Both the position numbers and the translations under genes were made by a program. Positions 1 to 12,849 of a DNA stretch of 64,000 nt are shown piece by piece. The notes below the pieces were generated by a model. It ran no database searches. It saw only the letters and a list, made by a program, of their open reading frames with translations, and was not told the origin of the DNA. This stretch comes from Octopus sinensis. Taxonomy: Eukaryota. The stretch spans positions 47,554,001 through 47,618,000 of the forward strand of contig NC_043000.1 in the NCBI RefSeq assembly GCF_006345805.1, in the 5' to 3' direction. The stretch's first letter is position 1. The number at the start of each line of letters is the position of its first letter.

Positions 1-984
1 ATTTCCTGCAAAAATTCCAGCTTATCATTCCAGGTATGTTATCATTCCAGCATACTTTATTATTCCTTCTGAGATAATTGTGGACATTTCGATACAATGG
101 GTGCTATGGCTTCATGTGAATTATCTGATATTCTGCATTTGGGTGAGTAGTCTTGCTAATCTATTATCCTTTTGACCCGGATCAACCCTAAGACATGTTC
201 CTGTGCTCCCATGATTAATTTCTCGGGTTCGTTCCTCAGAACCACTTTCCTTCCCACGGCCCACTGCCTTTATCTCTTGTGTTTTTGAAAAGCCTCGAGT
301 GAAGCTCCATTCCTTCAAATTTTTATTTCCTTTATCCTACATTTCTTCGTTTTCTCTTTTTGGGGTCAAAACAGTATGTAAATAGTCCTTCAATAGTCCT
401 CTATTTGGAGATTTTCTTCTTTAATTTTGCTACTGCTTCGCGACTTAGTAAACATCTACCTCCTACTGCTCTTTTCCAGTATGACAGATCTACATTAGAA
501 TTGGAGTACAAGTTTCTCTCTATGGAAAGCTGTTTCTTCATTTTCTTCTACATGTCGTTCAGTCATCATTTCTAAGTTTATATTGGGAATATTTAGCAAT
601 CAGATCGCTATATCCGATGTCGCGATTCGCTAGAACATTACCCACGTCAACGAAAATATCTGACCGATCAAGGATGTCGCGTGGAACTGACTCCAACAAC
701 AATTTCATCTTTAGTCGTGTTTCTTTCTGAGCCTAATCACCATTATATATTCAGCGCATCTTAGCTATGGTGCGGAGACGACAGACAGACAGCAAAGGAA
801 CGGCGGACAGCAGCTGACCCAAGCTGACAACACGAAAGCAATGAACAGACGGCAAACGAGAGACATTAGAAGACCAGCAGCTAAGCTGCTGCAATCACTC
901 TGAACCCTATAAATGTTTTGTCGTTCAAGGTAATGACTTGTCTTTTGTTTGTTTGTTTTTCTACAGAAAGAATATTTTGTTTAT

Positions 985-1308
985 CAAGACTCTCCATCAC
1001 AGGGTTCCGGGTTCAATCCCATTCCCGACAAAAGCCTTGTAAGTGGATTTGATTGACAGAAACAGAGGAAGCACGTCATACAAATGTGTGTGTGTGTGTG
1101 TGTGTTCCCCACCACCGCTTGACAACAGGTGTTGGTGTGCTTACGTTCCCGTAGCCTAGCGGTTCAGCAATAGATACCGATAGAATAAGTACAAGGCTTA
1201 TAAAAGAAAAAATAAGTACTGGGCTCGACCCATCCGACTAAAAATTCTTTAAGGCGGTGCCCCAGCATGGCCACAGTCTTATTACAGAAACAAGTAAAAG
1301 ATAAAAAG
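985..1308 (+). mobile_element. tRNA-derived SINE family A (octopus OR/CORE-like), internally deleted
   Basis: B-box-like GGTTCAATCCC, internal (GT)n, 3' end AAGGCGGTGCCCCAGCATGGCCACAGTC...GAAACAAGTAAAAGA shared with copies at 5390, 41810, 52490 and 56380. Confidence 0.85.
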
Positions 1309-1768
1309 CAGTGTTCTTCTTCGTAACATATTCAATAATTACTGCCCCATGCCTTATTAATGATACTGCCCTCAGGTTAATTGCTTGGTTGGATATTGCT
1401 CATATTCAATTCAGATATTAGAAGCGCCATTCAACGAAAATATTCTTTACTCGGTGTTTCCGTCATTTCTATATCTTCGACCTTGTTCCTTTTCAGTATA
1501 CTCAGATATTTAGATGTTACTTCTCTGTTTAATGACTTTTATATTTTTTATCAATACGCAGATCTATTCCAATACCTTTTTAACGATTTCCTTTTTCTTT
1601 ATCTCTGTCATTGGATATTTAGGATTTCGAAAGTCATCCTAGTGTTGTAACTACACATTCTTAAAATTTGCACTAAGAAACCCATTTGATTCTTCTTGTA
1701 ACCATAAAGCTTTAAATCATCCGTAAATAAAAAATGCTTTTATTATTATGTTTTTGTAATGTTGCATA

Positions 1769-1770
<2 letters not shown>

Positions 1771-1803
<33 letters not shown>

Positions 1804-2070
1804 GTCATTCGATTTTATGTAACTGTCAAGCACTTTGTACCTATCTTTATATCGTACCTCTCATCTTTCGCTCTGGTGGCAAAAAAGTATTCTTTTCTTC
1901 TTCTTCTTCTGTTCCTTCTTCTTCTTCTTCTTCTTCTTCCTTCTTCTTCTTCTTCTTCTTCTTCTTCTTCTTCTTCTTCTTCTTCTCTTCTTCTTCTTCT
2001 TCTTCTTCTACAACTTCTTCTTTTCTTCTTTTTCGATTTTTTTCTTATTCATCTCTTCTTTTTATTATTA
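1771..2070. repeat. (GT)n and (CTT)n microsatellites
   Basis: Visible simple repeats; they explain the poly-S/F/L ORFs. Confidence 0.95.
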
Positions 2071-2568
2071 TTGAGTGAAAGAGCAGTGCATGCCATCAAA
2101 GTGATACTGGGGTAAAATATACGAAGCCCAGTATACCCACCACGACTACCCGTCTGGTAAGGGTACACTAGGCACATGCATCACAACCATATGTGCGCGA
2201 CGTGGTGAACTCATATCAAGATAAACAGCACATGACCTTGCAGGTGGGATTCAGTTAGAATTTTCTTCTGATCGAGTAACCCATCCCGCTCAAAAGGTCC
2301 CTGAATAAGGGTTGTTTAAGGATGTTGAACGAAACACCCATGTTTCCAGAGGTGAATTATTGAAACCCCAAAGAATTCCTCTCAACACATGTCTATGATG
2401 CTCTCCCTCTACTTCTACTCGTGATCAGAGATGCACATATCGTCAGCCACGAAGAGACATGGTCAACTGGTTACGGTCAAACAACTGAGAAGCAAATCTG
2501 TGGTATTGAGCAGAATATTTGCTGTAGCCTATCTTTAATACCAAGACTAAACAGTGTACATATATATA

Positions 2569-3134
2569 TTGGGTTGTCCGGAAAGCTTGTGCCGATTTAT
2601 AGTAGCTTACGGTTCGACTTATTTTAGAACATGGTTGAGTCCATAAAATAGGATTTGACTACACCTCCATTTAGAGCACAGTTTAAGCTATCTTTTTGTG
2701 GTAGAAGATTTATGTTCCTATAACCTATGTTAATTCTGTAACCCTTTAAAATAGAAGATAAGAAAGTTCATTTTTGGCACGTGATGCTTTGGGAACCAGA
2801 CAAAAATTGCTGCAGCTTGGCTGGGATGTGTTACCCCACCCACCATATTCACCAGATATTGCTCCTTCGAATTTCCACTTATTCAGGTCTCTGCAGAATA
2901 GTCTTAATGGTAAAAATTTCAATTCCTTGGATGACGTAATAAGATACCTTGCTGAATTCTTTGCCATGAAACCATCTCAATTCTGGGAAGAGGGTATTTT
3001 AAAGTTAAAGGGAAAGATGGAAACGCATTGTGCAACAAAATGGTTCATATTTGTTGATTAAAAATTTAATGGCAAGTATTAATTGACCTTTTTCTCAACT
3101 TTAAAAATCGGTACTAACTTTCCGGACAACCCAA
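2569..3134 (+). mobile_element. Internally deleted mariner (Tc1/mariner) element
   Basis: ~30-bp TIRs TTGGGTTGTCCGGAAAG.../...CTTTCCGGACAACCCAA, both flanked by TA; ORF 2774-3061 contains WDVLPHPPYSPDIAPSNFHLF, the mariner YSPDLAPSD motif. Confidence 0.95.
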
Positions 3135-3192
3135 TATATTTCGTTTTGGATTTGGTTTGCAAGATTCTTTATGTGAGTTTGTGTGTCGAAGC

Positions 3193-3456
3193 ATATACTG
3201 TTGTGTCTGGGGAGAGTCATTCTCTTTCGGTGCCTTGTGGTTTAATACGCTCATTGGTGGAGTTTCCACTTATTGCTTTTTTATTTTTCTAAACTTGTTG
3301 TTGCGTCTTGCAACCTTTTCAATAGTTTTGACTCTAAGAACTATTGAAGGGTTGTAGGACACAGTAGGAATTTTGGAGGAATAAGGGGGGGGGGTTATCG
3401 GTGAGTGTGTTGAGTTGTTGGGCGCCAGAAGAGAGTGACTATCCCCAGACACAACA

Positions 3457-3460
<4 letters not shown>
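3193..3460. mobile_element. Palindromic fold-back/MITE-like element
   Basis: Left ATATACTGTTGTGTCTGGGGAGAGTCATTCTCTT is the reverse complement of right AAGAGAGTGACTATCCCCAGACACAACAGTATAT; arms meet near 3330; a single related arm occurs at 12548-12686. Confidence 0.75.
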
Positions 3461-3513
<53 letters not shown>

Positions 3514-3514
3514 A

Positions 3515-4636
3515 ACCATTCACCACATTCCAGGGAGAAAACTAGAAGTAGTTGATAGCTTCCATTACCTAGGTGACCACGTCAGTAGCGAGGGAGGGTG
3601 CGCTGAAAGTGTAGCTGTTTGAATAAGAATAACCTGGGCAAAGTTCAGAGATCTCTTACCTCTGCTGGTGACAAAGGGCCTCCCGCTCAGAGTAAAAGCT
3701 AGACTGCATGACGCATGTGTACGAACAGCCATGCTACATGGCAGTGAAACATGGGCCGTGACTGCTGAGGACATGCGTAAGCTCACAAGGAATGAAGCCA
3801 GTATGATCCGATGGATGTATAAAGTCAGTGTGCATACTCGACAGAATGTAAGTACCTTGAGAGAAAAGTTGAACCTAAGAAGCATCAGATGTAGTGCGCA
3901 AGAGAGACAACTGCGCTTGTATGGCCATGTGATGAGAATAGATGAGGATAGCTCTGTGAAAAAATGCCACACCCTAGCGGTTGAGGGAACCTGTGCGAGA
4001 GGTAGACCCAGGAAGACCTGGGATGAAGTGGTGAAGCACGACCTGCGAACATTAGGCCTCTCCAAAGCAATGACTAGTGACCAAGACTTTTGGAAATAAG
4101 CTGTGCTAGAGAAGACCACTCTGCCTGCGAAGACCTGTTGAGGCAAGTGAAATCAAAATCGAAATCAAACTCGATGACTGGCATCCGTGCTAGTGGAGCG
4201 CTAAGAGCACCATCTGAGCGTGATCATTGCCAGAGTGGCTAACTGGCTTCCATGCCGGTGACATGTAATAAGCACCATTTGAGCGTGATCGTTACCAGTG
4301 TCGTCTTACTGGCACTTGTGCCGGTGGCACCTCAAAAACGTTTGAGTGAGGTCATTGCCATTGCCACTGGACTGGCCCCTATGCAGGTGGCACATAAAAA
4401 ATACCGTTTGAGCATGGCCGTTGCCAGTACCGCCTGACTGGCCCGCGTGCTGATGGCACGTAAAAGCATCCACTACAAACACAGAGTGGTTGGTGTTAGG
4501 AAGGGCATCCAGCTGTAGAAACACTGCCAGATTAAGATTGGAGCCTGGTGCAGCCATCTGGTTCGCCAGTCCTCAGTCAAATCGTCCAACCCATGCTAGC
4601 ATGGAAAGCGGACGTTAAATAATGATGATGATAATG

Positions 4637-4640
<4 letters not shown>
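3515..4640 (+). mobile_element. 5'-truncated RTE-clade LINE (ORF C-terminus, 3' UTR and (GAT)n-like tail)
   Basis: LEVVDSFHYLGD, MLHGSETWAV, LYGHVMR, RGRPRKTWDEVV motifs; ends GGACGTTAAATAATGATGATG; similar to 39320-40160. Confidence 0.92.
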
Positions 4641-4679
<39 letters not shown>

Positions 4680-5389
4680 CACATCTATGAATATATGCAC
4701 ATACATATATGCATACACACACGTGTGCATGCTGTTCTTTTTCTTTTTTGCTTTTTCAATTACACATTAATGGGTTTGGCAGCCTTTATGGGTAGAAGTG
4801 AGATATGTACTTATTCCCCAGTTTTACTCATGCATCTTATTGATTATTCTGTTTCTGCTGTCACTCTGCTACTCCACAGCTTAGAATAGAATTTTCGTCA
4901 ATTATGGAAGATTTACTATAAAAACCCAGATAATATTTATTTCTCATTCTCTGTTGCTTGGAATCATAAAACTTTTCCTTGTATATTTTGAAGAAATGCA
5001 AAGGCTCTTTTAGATATTGGTAAAATAATTGCTTATCAGATTTAACATTTAACCAGTCATCTCCCGCGTAAACTAATGTTCATTAATTCTTGACATTTTG
5101 TATTGTCATAAAATATATTGTAGCATATCGTGATGTCGACCTTTTATAATCCTTAAAAGAAAAAAAAATTAAATTCTTCAGCTGATAAATCATTTTAAAA
5201 ACATATGAAAATTACCCAAAGAAAAGTACAAACCTCTAAGAACAAAAAGTGCACCTTTAAGTAGTCATTCAAGCTGCTTGAAAGAGCAACCATCTCTTGC
5301 TAAAATTACACATTTCAGTCTTAATCAAAGAATAACACACTGGATATTATTGTAAAAACATGGTAGTAATTTCTTAGCGGACTTTATCG

Positions 5390-5786
5390 AGTGGCTGTGT
5401 GGTAAGTAGTTTGCTTACAAACCACATGGTTCCGGGTTCAGTCCCACTGCTTCACACCTTGGGCAAGTGTCTTCTACTATAGCCTCATGCCGACCAAAGC
5501 CTTGTTAGTGGATTTGGTAGACGGAAACTGAAAGAAGACCGTCGTATATGTATGTATGTATGTATATATATATATATATGTGTGTGTCTGTGTTTGTCCC
5601 CCCAACATTCCTTGGCAACCAATGCTGGTTTGTTTACGTCCCCGTAACTTAGCAGTTCGGCAAAAGAGAACGATAGACTAAGTACTAGGCTTACAAAGAA
5701 TAAGTCCTGGGGTCGATTTGCTCGACTAAAGGTGGCGCTCCAGCATGGCGACAGTCAAATGACTGAAACAAGTAAAAGAGTAAAGA
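5390..5786 (+). mobile_element. SINE family A, near full length
   Basis: TGGCTGTGTGGTAAG A-box, GGTTCAGTCCC B-box, CORE-like CACCTTGGGCAAGTGTCTT, internal TA/GT tract, family 3' tail. Confidence 0.9.
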
Positions 5787-6379
5787 CAGTATATAACTAA
5801 TTTAATGCTGTGAGTAACTTTAGCTGAATCTCCTCTGTTGTGAAAAATGTGACAAATTTTGTTAAGTGAAGATTAGTTAATATATTCATGCATTGCTGCC
5901 TATTGAGGCAACTAGCAACCTATAAGATAAATTTCTTCCTCTTATCTCTCACCCTTAACTGCATAGCATTAAGTTACTCATGGACACAGTCCAGCCTCTG
6001 ATTCCCAAACATGCTGGCTCCCTCTACTCTCAGCTTTTTTCCCACTAATACTAAAAAAAAAATATGATAGCCCTCACTTAGAAGTATGATCTGGTAACAT
6101 GCACCCTGCTTTTGCTAATTATTTTAGAGTATCTATGTAATCGTGAGTAGACTAGACACTCTCTCAGTTGTCTCACCTTTGCTATGGTGGAACATTGAGG
6201 ATGTGACCACTGGAAGGAAAAATAGCAGTTACAGTTATCAGCTTGCACTTAGATGAATATACAGGAACAACATGAAATGCAGTGCCTTGCTCAATAACAC
6301 AATATGCTACCTTGTCCCTCAACATTCTAATCTTGAATCTTATACCCTAATCCCTAAGCCATACACCTTCACACTACTC

Positions 6380-6660
6380 CAATGGCTTTTATTCTTTGGA
6401 GCCAGCAGCTCTTGTCTCACCTCCACTCAGACTCTCCCAGCTCACTCATCTCTCCTCTTCTTACCACACGTAATGAATCCTATGTCCCCACTGCTTCGTG
6501 CTAACCAATACATCCGGTTTTCTCTTCCCAGAACGTTGGCCCTCTAGAATTAACCCTCCTCTCCTTACGTCTTTACTGCTGTTGTTAACTTGTAATGCTT
6601 TAAACAGAATGCTACAACATGACACTTGTGTCCGAATGGCTTGGACCCTGCTCTTCTTCT
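6380..6660 (+). mobile_element. Degraded LINE ORF2 C-terminus (CR1/L2/Jockey-like)
   Basis: RANQYIRFSLPRTLAL*N*P resembles the RxxxYxxSFFPRTxxLWNxLP motif. Confidence 0.5.
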
Positions 6661-6840
6661 AAACCTAACAAAAAAAAATATCATTGGAGTTGATCACCTC
6701 CTTTGCTTATTTCATATATAAAAACAAAAGACATCTTCAAAGGGTCTTATGTTAGCAATGGCTAGAACATTTTAATCTACATGTCTAATGGTTGAATGCT
6801 CACTTAGAATTAAATAACCATAACAAAGTCTAATGGTTGT

Positions 6841-6945
6841 TCAGCCAGTCAGGCGGTACTGGCAACGGCCACGCTTAAGTGGAGTTTTTTACATGCCACC
6901 TGCAAAGGAGCCAGTCCAGCGGCACTGACAACGACCTCGCTCGAA
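6841..6945 (-). mobile_element. RTE 3' UTR fragment
   Basis: Reverse complement of ~4340-4445. Confidence 0.8.
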
Positions 6946-7155
6946 TTATATATATAATTATCTATCTATCTATCTATTTATATATCTATATATATATATA
7001 TACAAAAAAAAAATTTTGTGTAAGTTTTTTACTGAATATGGTTCTTTTCCATACCAAAACTACTTGGTAAAATTTATTAATTTATTAAATTAATAATTCT
7101 TTACCCAATATCTGTAATGATTATATATATAATTATATAATTATCTATCTATCTA

Positions 7156-7238
<83 letters not shown>

Positions 7239-7942
7239 AGAGAGAGATATTTAAGTTTATCACAGTAGATTTTTCTGTTGAATTCAGAGATAGCACTGTA
7301 AATTACATTTCATAAATGATTACATGTATGTTAACAATGTGATTGAAGATAGAAGGAACAGGTAATTGGTGTATAAGCATATGTCAAGGGTTATTGCTCT
7401 TTCATCAGCACCACATCTAACCCACCAAATATCCACTAACACATTGCTTAAATAACCACCACCTTTTGCAACCATAATATACTGACCTCCTTTAAAATTT
7501 ACATACCAGTTGCCAGAAATGTGCTTAATATGCAAATTAGTCTATCCAGTTGTATTAAAGCACTAAACCTAGTGGATATTTAAGCAATGTATCCGTAAGT
7601 GGTTCCTGGATTAGATAAGTTACTGATAAAAGAGTAATAACTCTTGAAATGTGAATATACACTCATTACCTATTATTTATATATTTGATCTTATTGTTTA
7701 CATAGACGTATACATTTATGAAACATTGTAATTTGCAATGGTGGAGCTAAAGTTTGCAGAGAATCTATAGAGTTAAATTTAAAAATAAGAATATTTCACA
7801 GCTAACACAATTTAAGACACGATATTGACATATTAATTTAGAAACCTGTAGTATATTAGTAGTAGATTATAATTGCAAAATGAAATAATTCTGTTTTGCC
7901 TGCAATTAAACACACATATATATGTATATATATATACGTGCT

Positions 7943-8005
<63 letters not shown>

Positions 8006-8393
8006 CACGAAGGAAAAAGCGATTCCTTCACTTCACTGGTACATATTAAATTGTTAGGTTGTTAATTGTATTTCTCTAATTTATTATTTATAAATATATA
8101 TATAATCATTCAAAGGAAAGTAATAAAATGAAGATATAGCATTTAATGAAAATGTATTATTTGCAAATTTCAAACATAGTCCCTTACTGCTGGAACTATG
8201 TTTGATTTTTGCAGATAATAAACTTTTATTAAATGCTGTCTCCATTTTCTTTTGAATGATTATAAACCTATAGTTTTATGAATATTATCATTCACAACAA
8301 ATATTACGTATTAAACCAGTAATTCATTGGATGATGCCATCCCTTAATGAAGCTAATTTAATCTCTAATTATATATATCTATATCTATATCTA

Positions 8394-8450
<57 letters not shown>

Positions 8451-9299
8451 TTAGAGATAAAAAATTTTCCCTGTAAGTTTGGATTTACTCCCTAATATTA
8501 TATATATATTACTTCTTTCATTTGATGTATATCTATCAATATATATATATATTCCCTCCCTCTACTGAGAGCTGAAAATTATCTCCCCAGCCCACTATAA
8601 TAACTAACAAATTTCCTACCCTTAGATTTTTCTACTTGTTGAATCATTCACTCACAAATTTAACACCCAACATGGACCAAAAAATTTCTTCTTAAGAAAA
8701 TACATATTTAAATAAATCTTAATGTCATGAATAGCGAAACCGAAACCGGTTGACAAACACAATAAAAGATATATTGAAAACTTTATTAAAACTATGTAAA
8801 GTGTGTGCATTTCCTTCTTTAATTTCTTATAAAGTGTGTGTGTGTGTGTCTGTATACGTTGGTTTTCAAAAATAATATATGGAACTTAAAACTCAAGTTA
8901 AGTCATTATTTTACTCGACTTTACGTCTGTCGACCACAAATAGGGGAATCGAAAAATCGCTAGAAAACCGTTAAAAGCACATGAAATTCTGTTACTGTAC
9001 AATAAATAAGAATAAAAGCATATAAAATCACATTAAAATACATACAGTAAATGTTAAGATACACACCATAAATTAGAGTAGCTTAGTGAAAGAAATCCCG
9101 AATTCAGCAGTGCTGTCTTATTTATCGGTCTTTCGGAGCTTATATTGCACTATAGTTCCAATATTTACCGTTAGGCGTCGTTATCACTCGTGATTCCCGC
9201 AGTTGTTTTGAATTTAGATTTGTTTAAATCTATTTATCGGCTACTTTCTCATGCTCATTCATTTGTGATTTAATTCCACCACCTAAGCAAATTCATAGT

Positions 9300-9590
9300 G
9301 AAAGCGCTAAGCGTCATGATATAATGCTGGAAGATAAACTGGGTACGATAACACGCCATGAAATAGGTGAAAAAGTGATAGCAATTGCAGGATCTTTGGG
9401 GATGAGTCGGACAACTGTATCAATGATTGTACATAATAAGGACAAGATTTTAACACATATCAAATCTGAAGCCCCAGAGATGAAGAAAACTGTCATCAAT
9501 AAGAAAAGAGGCAAAATTTTTGAAGAAATGGAAAATCCACAGCCCTGTAAACCACCAAATTGTATGTACGTATTGGTAAATTTAAAATAG
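9300..9590 (+). pseudogene. Tigger/pogo-like transposase N-terminal (CENP-B-type HTH) remnant
   Basis: KRHDIMLEDKLGTITRHEIGEKVIAIAGSLGMSRTTVSMIVHNKDKI...FEEME matches the CENP-B N-terminal HTH pattern; TIRs not located. Confidence 0.75.
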
Positions 9591-10044
9591 TTTAGTTTTC
9601 TTTTACTATTGCAAAATAATAATTATTACGGAATTTAATTTTTTAGCTAAAAATATGATTTTATTTTACCATGTTTTATTGCAAACTACATTCATAAATA
9701 AAGCGTCCGCGATGTACAGTGAACATCGCCAAATTGTATTCGTAAATTTAGATTAGTGTTTTTTTACTGTATTAAAAAATAAAAATTATTTGTTTGTAAG
9801 CTTAAAATAGATTTTTATTAACCATGTATTATAGAAAATGCATTCATAAATAAAATACAGAACTGGGAATGGTTATTATCGGTTTAGCCTAGAGACAAGT
9901 AAATTCGGCCTAGCCTAGCCTACAGACAAATTAGCTCGATTTAAGTCGTGTCTCCTAGAACCAATAGATTGCAAAGGGTGAGGTATTCCTATAGATAGAT
10001 AGATAGAGACAGAGAGAGATGGATGTATATATATATGTATAGAT

Positions 10045-11864
10045 ATATATATATATAAGTCAGGTTGTGTGTGTGTGTATAAACCCGCATAACCTCTGAA
10101 GCTCACAACTGATTTTCTCCAAACTGGGAACATACATTATTAATGGTCTAGAGATGGTTATAGACTCTTAAAAGTTTTCCTATAGAGAGTAACGGGCCCT
10201 CTGGGAGCAGAAAATAGGAGGTATCACTTTGCGAAGGAACTTTCAGAAATTATTGTCTCCCTTATATCCAGCGTGATTAATCCACTGAACGTTTTTCATC
10301 TTTTTAAAACATTGATTTTAATTAACGTTCTTTATCGACATTTAATTAACATAACAGTGTCATCTCAGACCATTGTATGTATTTCTTAAAATTTGCTAAT
10401 GTATTGATATTATTTACCTTTTTTCTTGGCATTTCATTATTAACGTACAATTGTCTTCTTATTTTATTACATCATATTTCTTGACATATCTCCAAAGAGG
10501 AGATCCTCCATTGGTCGAAAAATTATCACAATTTGAATTGGCCGTGTGAAAGAGCAATACTGGCTCCAAAAAACAGCATTGCAAGTAAAATTAATGAGAA
10601 GCTGCTGCAGTACCTTCCTCGAAGTCCTCACACCTATAAGTTAATTGATACAGTCCCAGATCCAGAAGAGGTGGTAAATTGTCCAACAGCATTTCTCAAT
10701 TCATTGGAGCCTCCAGGACTGCCTCCCCACATGTTAGAACTTAAAGTGAGAACTCCAGTAATGTTATTGAGAAATTCGTCTCCATCAACTGTCTGCAATG
10801 GGACACCTGATGGTAAAGAAGGAGATGCCACATATTATTGAGGCCACTTTCCTCTCTGAATGTGGAAAATTAGAGGATGTTTTCATACCCAGGATTCTTT
10901 TCATTCCATGGGGAGGGGGAATTACTTTTTCATTCAGAAGAGTGCAGTTTCCTATTCGTATCAGCTTCGCAATGTCTATCAATAAATCTCACGGTCAAAC
11001 ACTGTCTGTGGTAGGACTTCGCTTGGAAAAGTCGCGCTTCTCACACGAGCAATAAATACGGTGGCTGCTGAAGCGTAGGAAGCCAAAAAAAATCTGTTTG
11101 TATTTGTTCCACAAGGGAAAACAAAGAATATTGTTTACCAAGAGGTTTTGTAGGAATTACTACATCCTACAATACACTCTAGTATTCACTGCTCTTTGTA
11201 AACGGTGAAGATCGATACAATTTCGGTATAATACCAACAAACTCAAAGACTGCACCAAAAATGCAGTTTCCTGCATGGACTCCTGTATCGAAGCATCTTC
11301 TCCAAATACTCCCACCAACCAAGAGATAAGCCATTGCGCCTTATTTTTCAAGCAATTCATTACTACATATTCTCATGTGACTGCATAGGTTCAGATTATG
11401 ATTCTTATTCTACGCCCACACCAGCAATCTAATGTTAACTCTTCGCCTTCTGCAACATTTCAACAGTTCACTTCCTCGTTGCCGCCTCACATTGCAGCCC
11501 CTTTCCTGAATGTACCAATTTACGTACGATATATCCGTTACACCTACATTCATTCGACTGTCATCCATACGACGGGTCGTGTTAGACGCAGCACTGACCA
11601 CCACAAAGGAGAGTATATCCACTGACAACTTTTCAGTGCGTTCAAAAATCGCATATCTCCCACTTCAATTTTCCATGACAGGTTAGGGCCGGGAATCCAC
11701 CAAATGGATGCATGACATGTCGCTTAGGCGAATTAGCCCATCATTTACTCCACCAATGTTTTGTTGTCAATGATGCACTTTCTCGTATCGCGTTTCAACA
11801 TAAGTGCTGTATGTATACAAAGTATGTCATGTTAATCCCTGGCAACGTTGGGTATCTCTGCTAG
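10045..11864 (+). mobile_element. Internally deleted Helitron
   Basis: Contains a Pif1 helicase remnant; 3' end CCCTGGCAACGTTGGG hairpin followed by CTAG|T at 11861-11865, matching the 41135 Helitron end; 5' end inferred within the TA tract. Confidence 0.85.
10510..11153 (+). pseudogene. Helitron RepHel Pif1-family helicase C-terminal fragment, frameshifted
   Basis: ERAILAPKN, FLNSLEPPGLPPHMLELKV..PVMLLRN..CNGT, VFIPRI, RRVQFPIRISFAMSINKSHGQTL, KTKNIVYQEVL*. Confidence 0.95.
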
Positions 11865-11879
11865 TATACTTATATAGAT

Positions 11880-12056
11880 TGCCAAGCTGTAAAGGCCTGT
11901 GCCTTTCCCTTGGATAACAACGGTGGCGTGAAGAGGAGAGGCTTGTATGCATAGAAACTGCTGGTCATCAATGAAAAATCTTGCCCAGGCTTGTACCTCG
12001 GAGAGTAACTTTCTAGGGGCAATATCAGGGTCGTTCATGACTGAAGGGGATCTTTT
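11880..12056 (+). mobile_element. 3' part of SINE family C
   Basis: Aligns by eye with ~48035-48190. Confidence 0.75.
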
Positions 12057-12547
12057 CATTTACTTCTTTATATATATTGACATATATACATATATATATA
12101 TATACTTGCACACACACACACACACACTCTCACACACACACACACATATATATATAACAAAAATTAAAGAAAGAGGGAAATGCATAGAAATTTTATGTTG
12201 GAAAAATATTATTTTATGAAATAAAATATATAAAGCAGACGAGTTTCAGTTTTGATAATTATGTCTAAGTAGTTAGTGACAACGATATAATTTCATGCAA
12301 TCATTAATAAATTTTCATTTCATGTTAGGATATTTGTTCTCCCACTAACATGGAAGGTAAACTTATTATAGTAGCATGAAATAACACTATCATTAACTAC
12401 TTAATCATGATTAACATAAGCGAAACTGGTCCACTATGTAAATATTTTGTTTCATAAACATTATATATATTCCAACATAAAAATTCTGTTCTTGTTTCTT
12501 CTTTTTATATTTTTTACTATGATTCAGCAAGTAGAATTTTATATCAA

Positions 12548-12686
12548 CGACTATTGAAAAGGTTGCAAGACGCAACGAAAATTTTATGAAAATAAATAAG
12601 TAAATGAGTGGAAATCGAACCGGTGAGTATGTTAAGTAATGAGGCACTAAAAGAGCATGATTCTCTCCAGACACAATAATATATAT
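12548..12686. repeat. Single arm of the 3193-3460 fold-back element
   Basis: ACTATTGAAAAGGTTGCAAGACGCAAC...TTCTCTCCAGACACAATAATATA. Confidence 0.75.
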
Positions 12687-12719
12687 CTGTGCATTTGTGT
12701 GTTGTGTGTGTGTGTGGTG

Positions 12720-12750
<31 letters not shown>

Positions 12751-12849
12751 TGTGTGTGGTGTGTGTGTGTGTGTGTGCATGCGTGTGTGCGTGTGGTAAA
12801 TGATACACGGGAGATGGAATATACGAGAATTTTAATTATTAATCCTGAC

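Noticed and set aside
1-900. Possible retroelement ORF1/gag remnant on the minus strand
   Set aside because: No convincing motif could be read
1310-1720. Possible decayed APE endonuclease on the minus strand
   Set aside because: Only faint GDFNxP-like and TRxxNxLD-like traces; too degenerate to call
2062-2545. Probable interspersed repeat ending in an (AAT)n tail on the minus strand
   Set aside because: Looks familiar as an octopus repeat but has no second copy or diagnostic motif in the window
7320-7600. 71-aa minus-strand ORF and short inverted motif (ACATTGCTTAAATA / TATTTAAGCAATGT)
   Set aside because: No recognisable domain or splice context; a nearby CTGATGA lacks a proper GAAA and stem I
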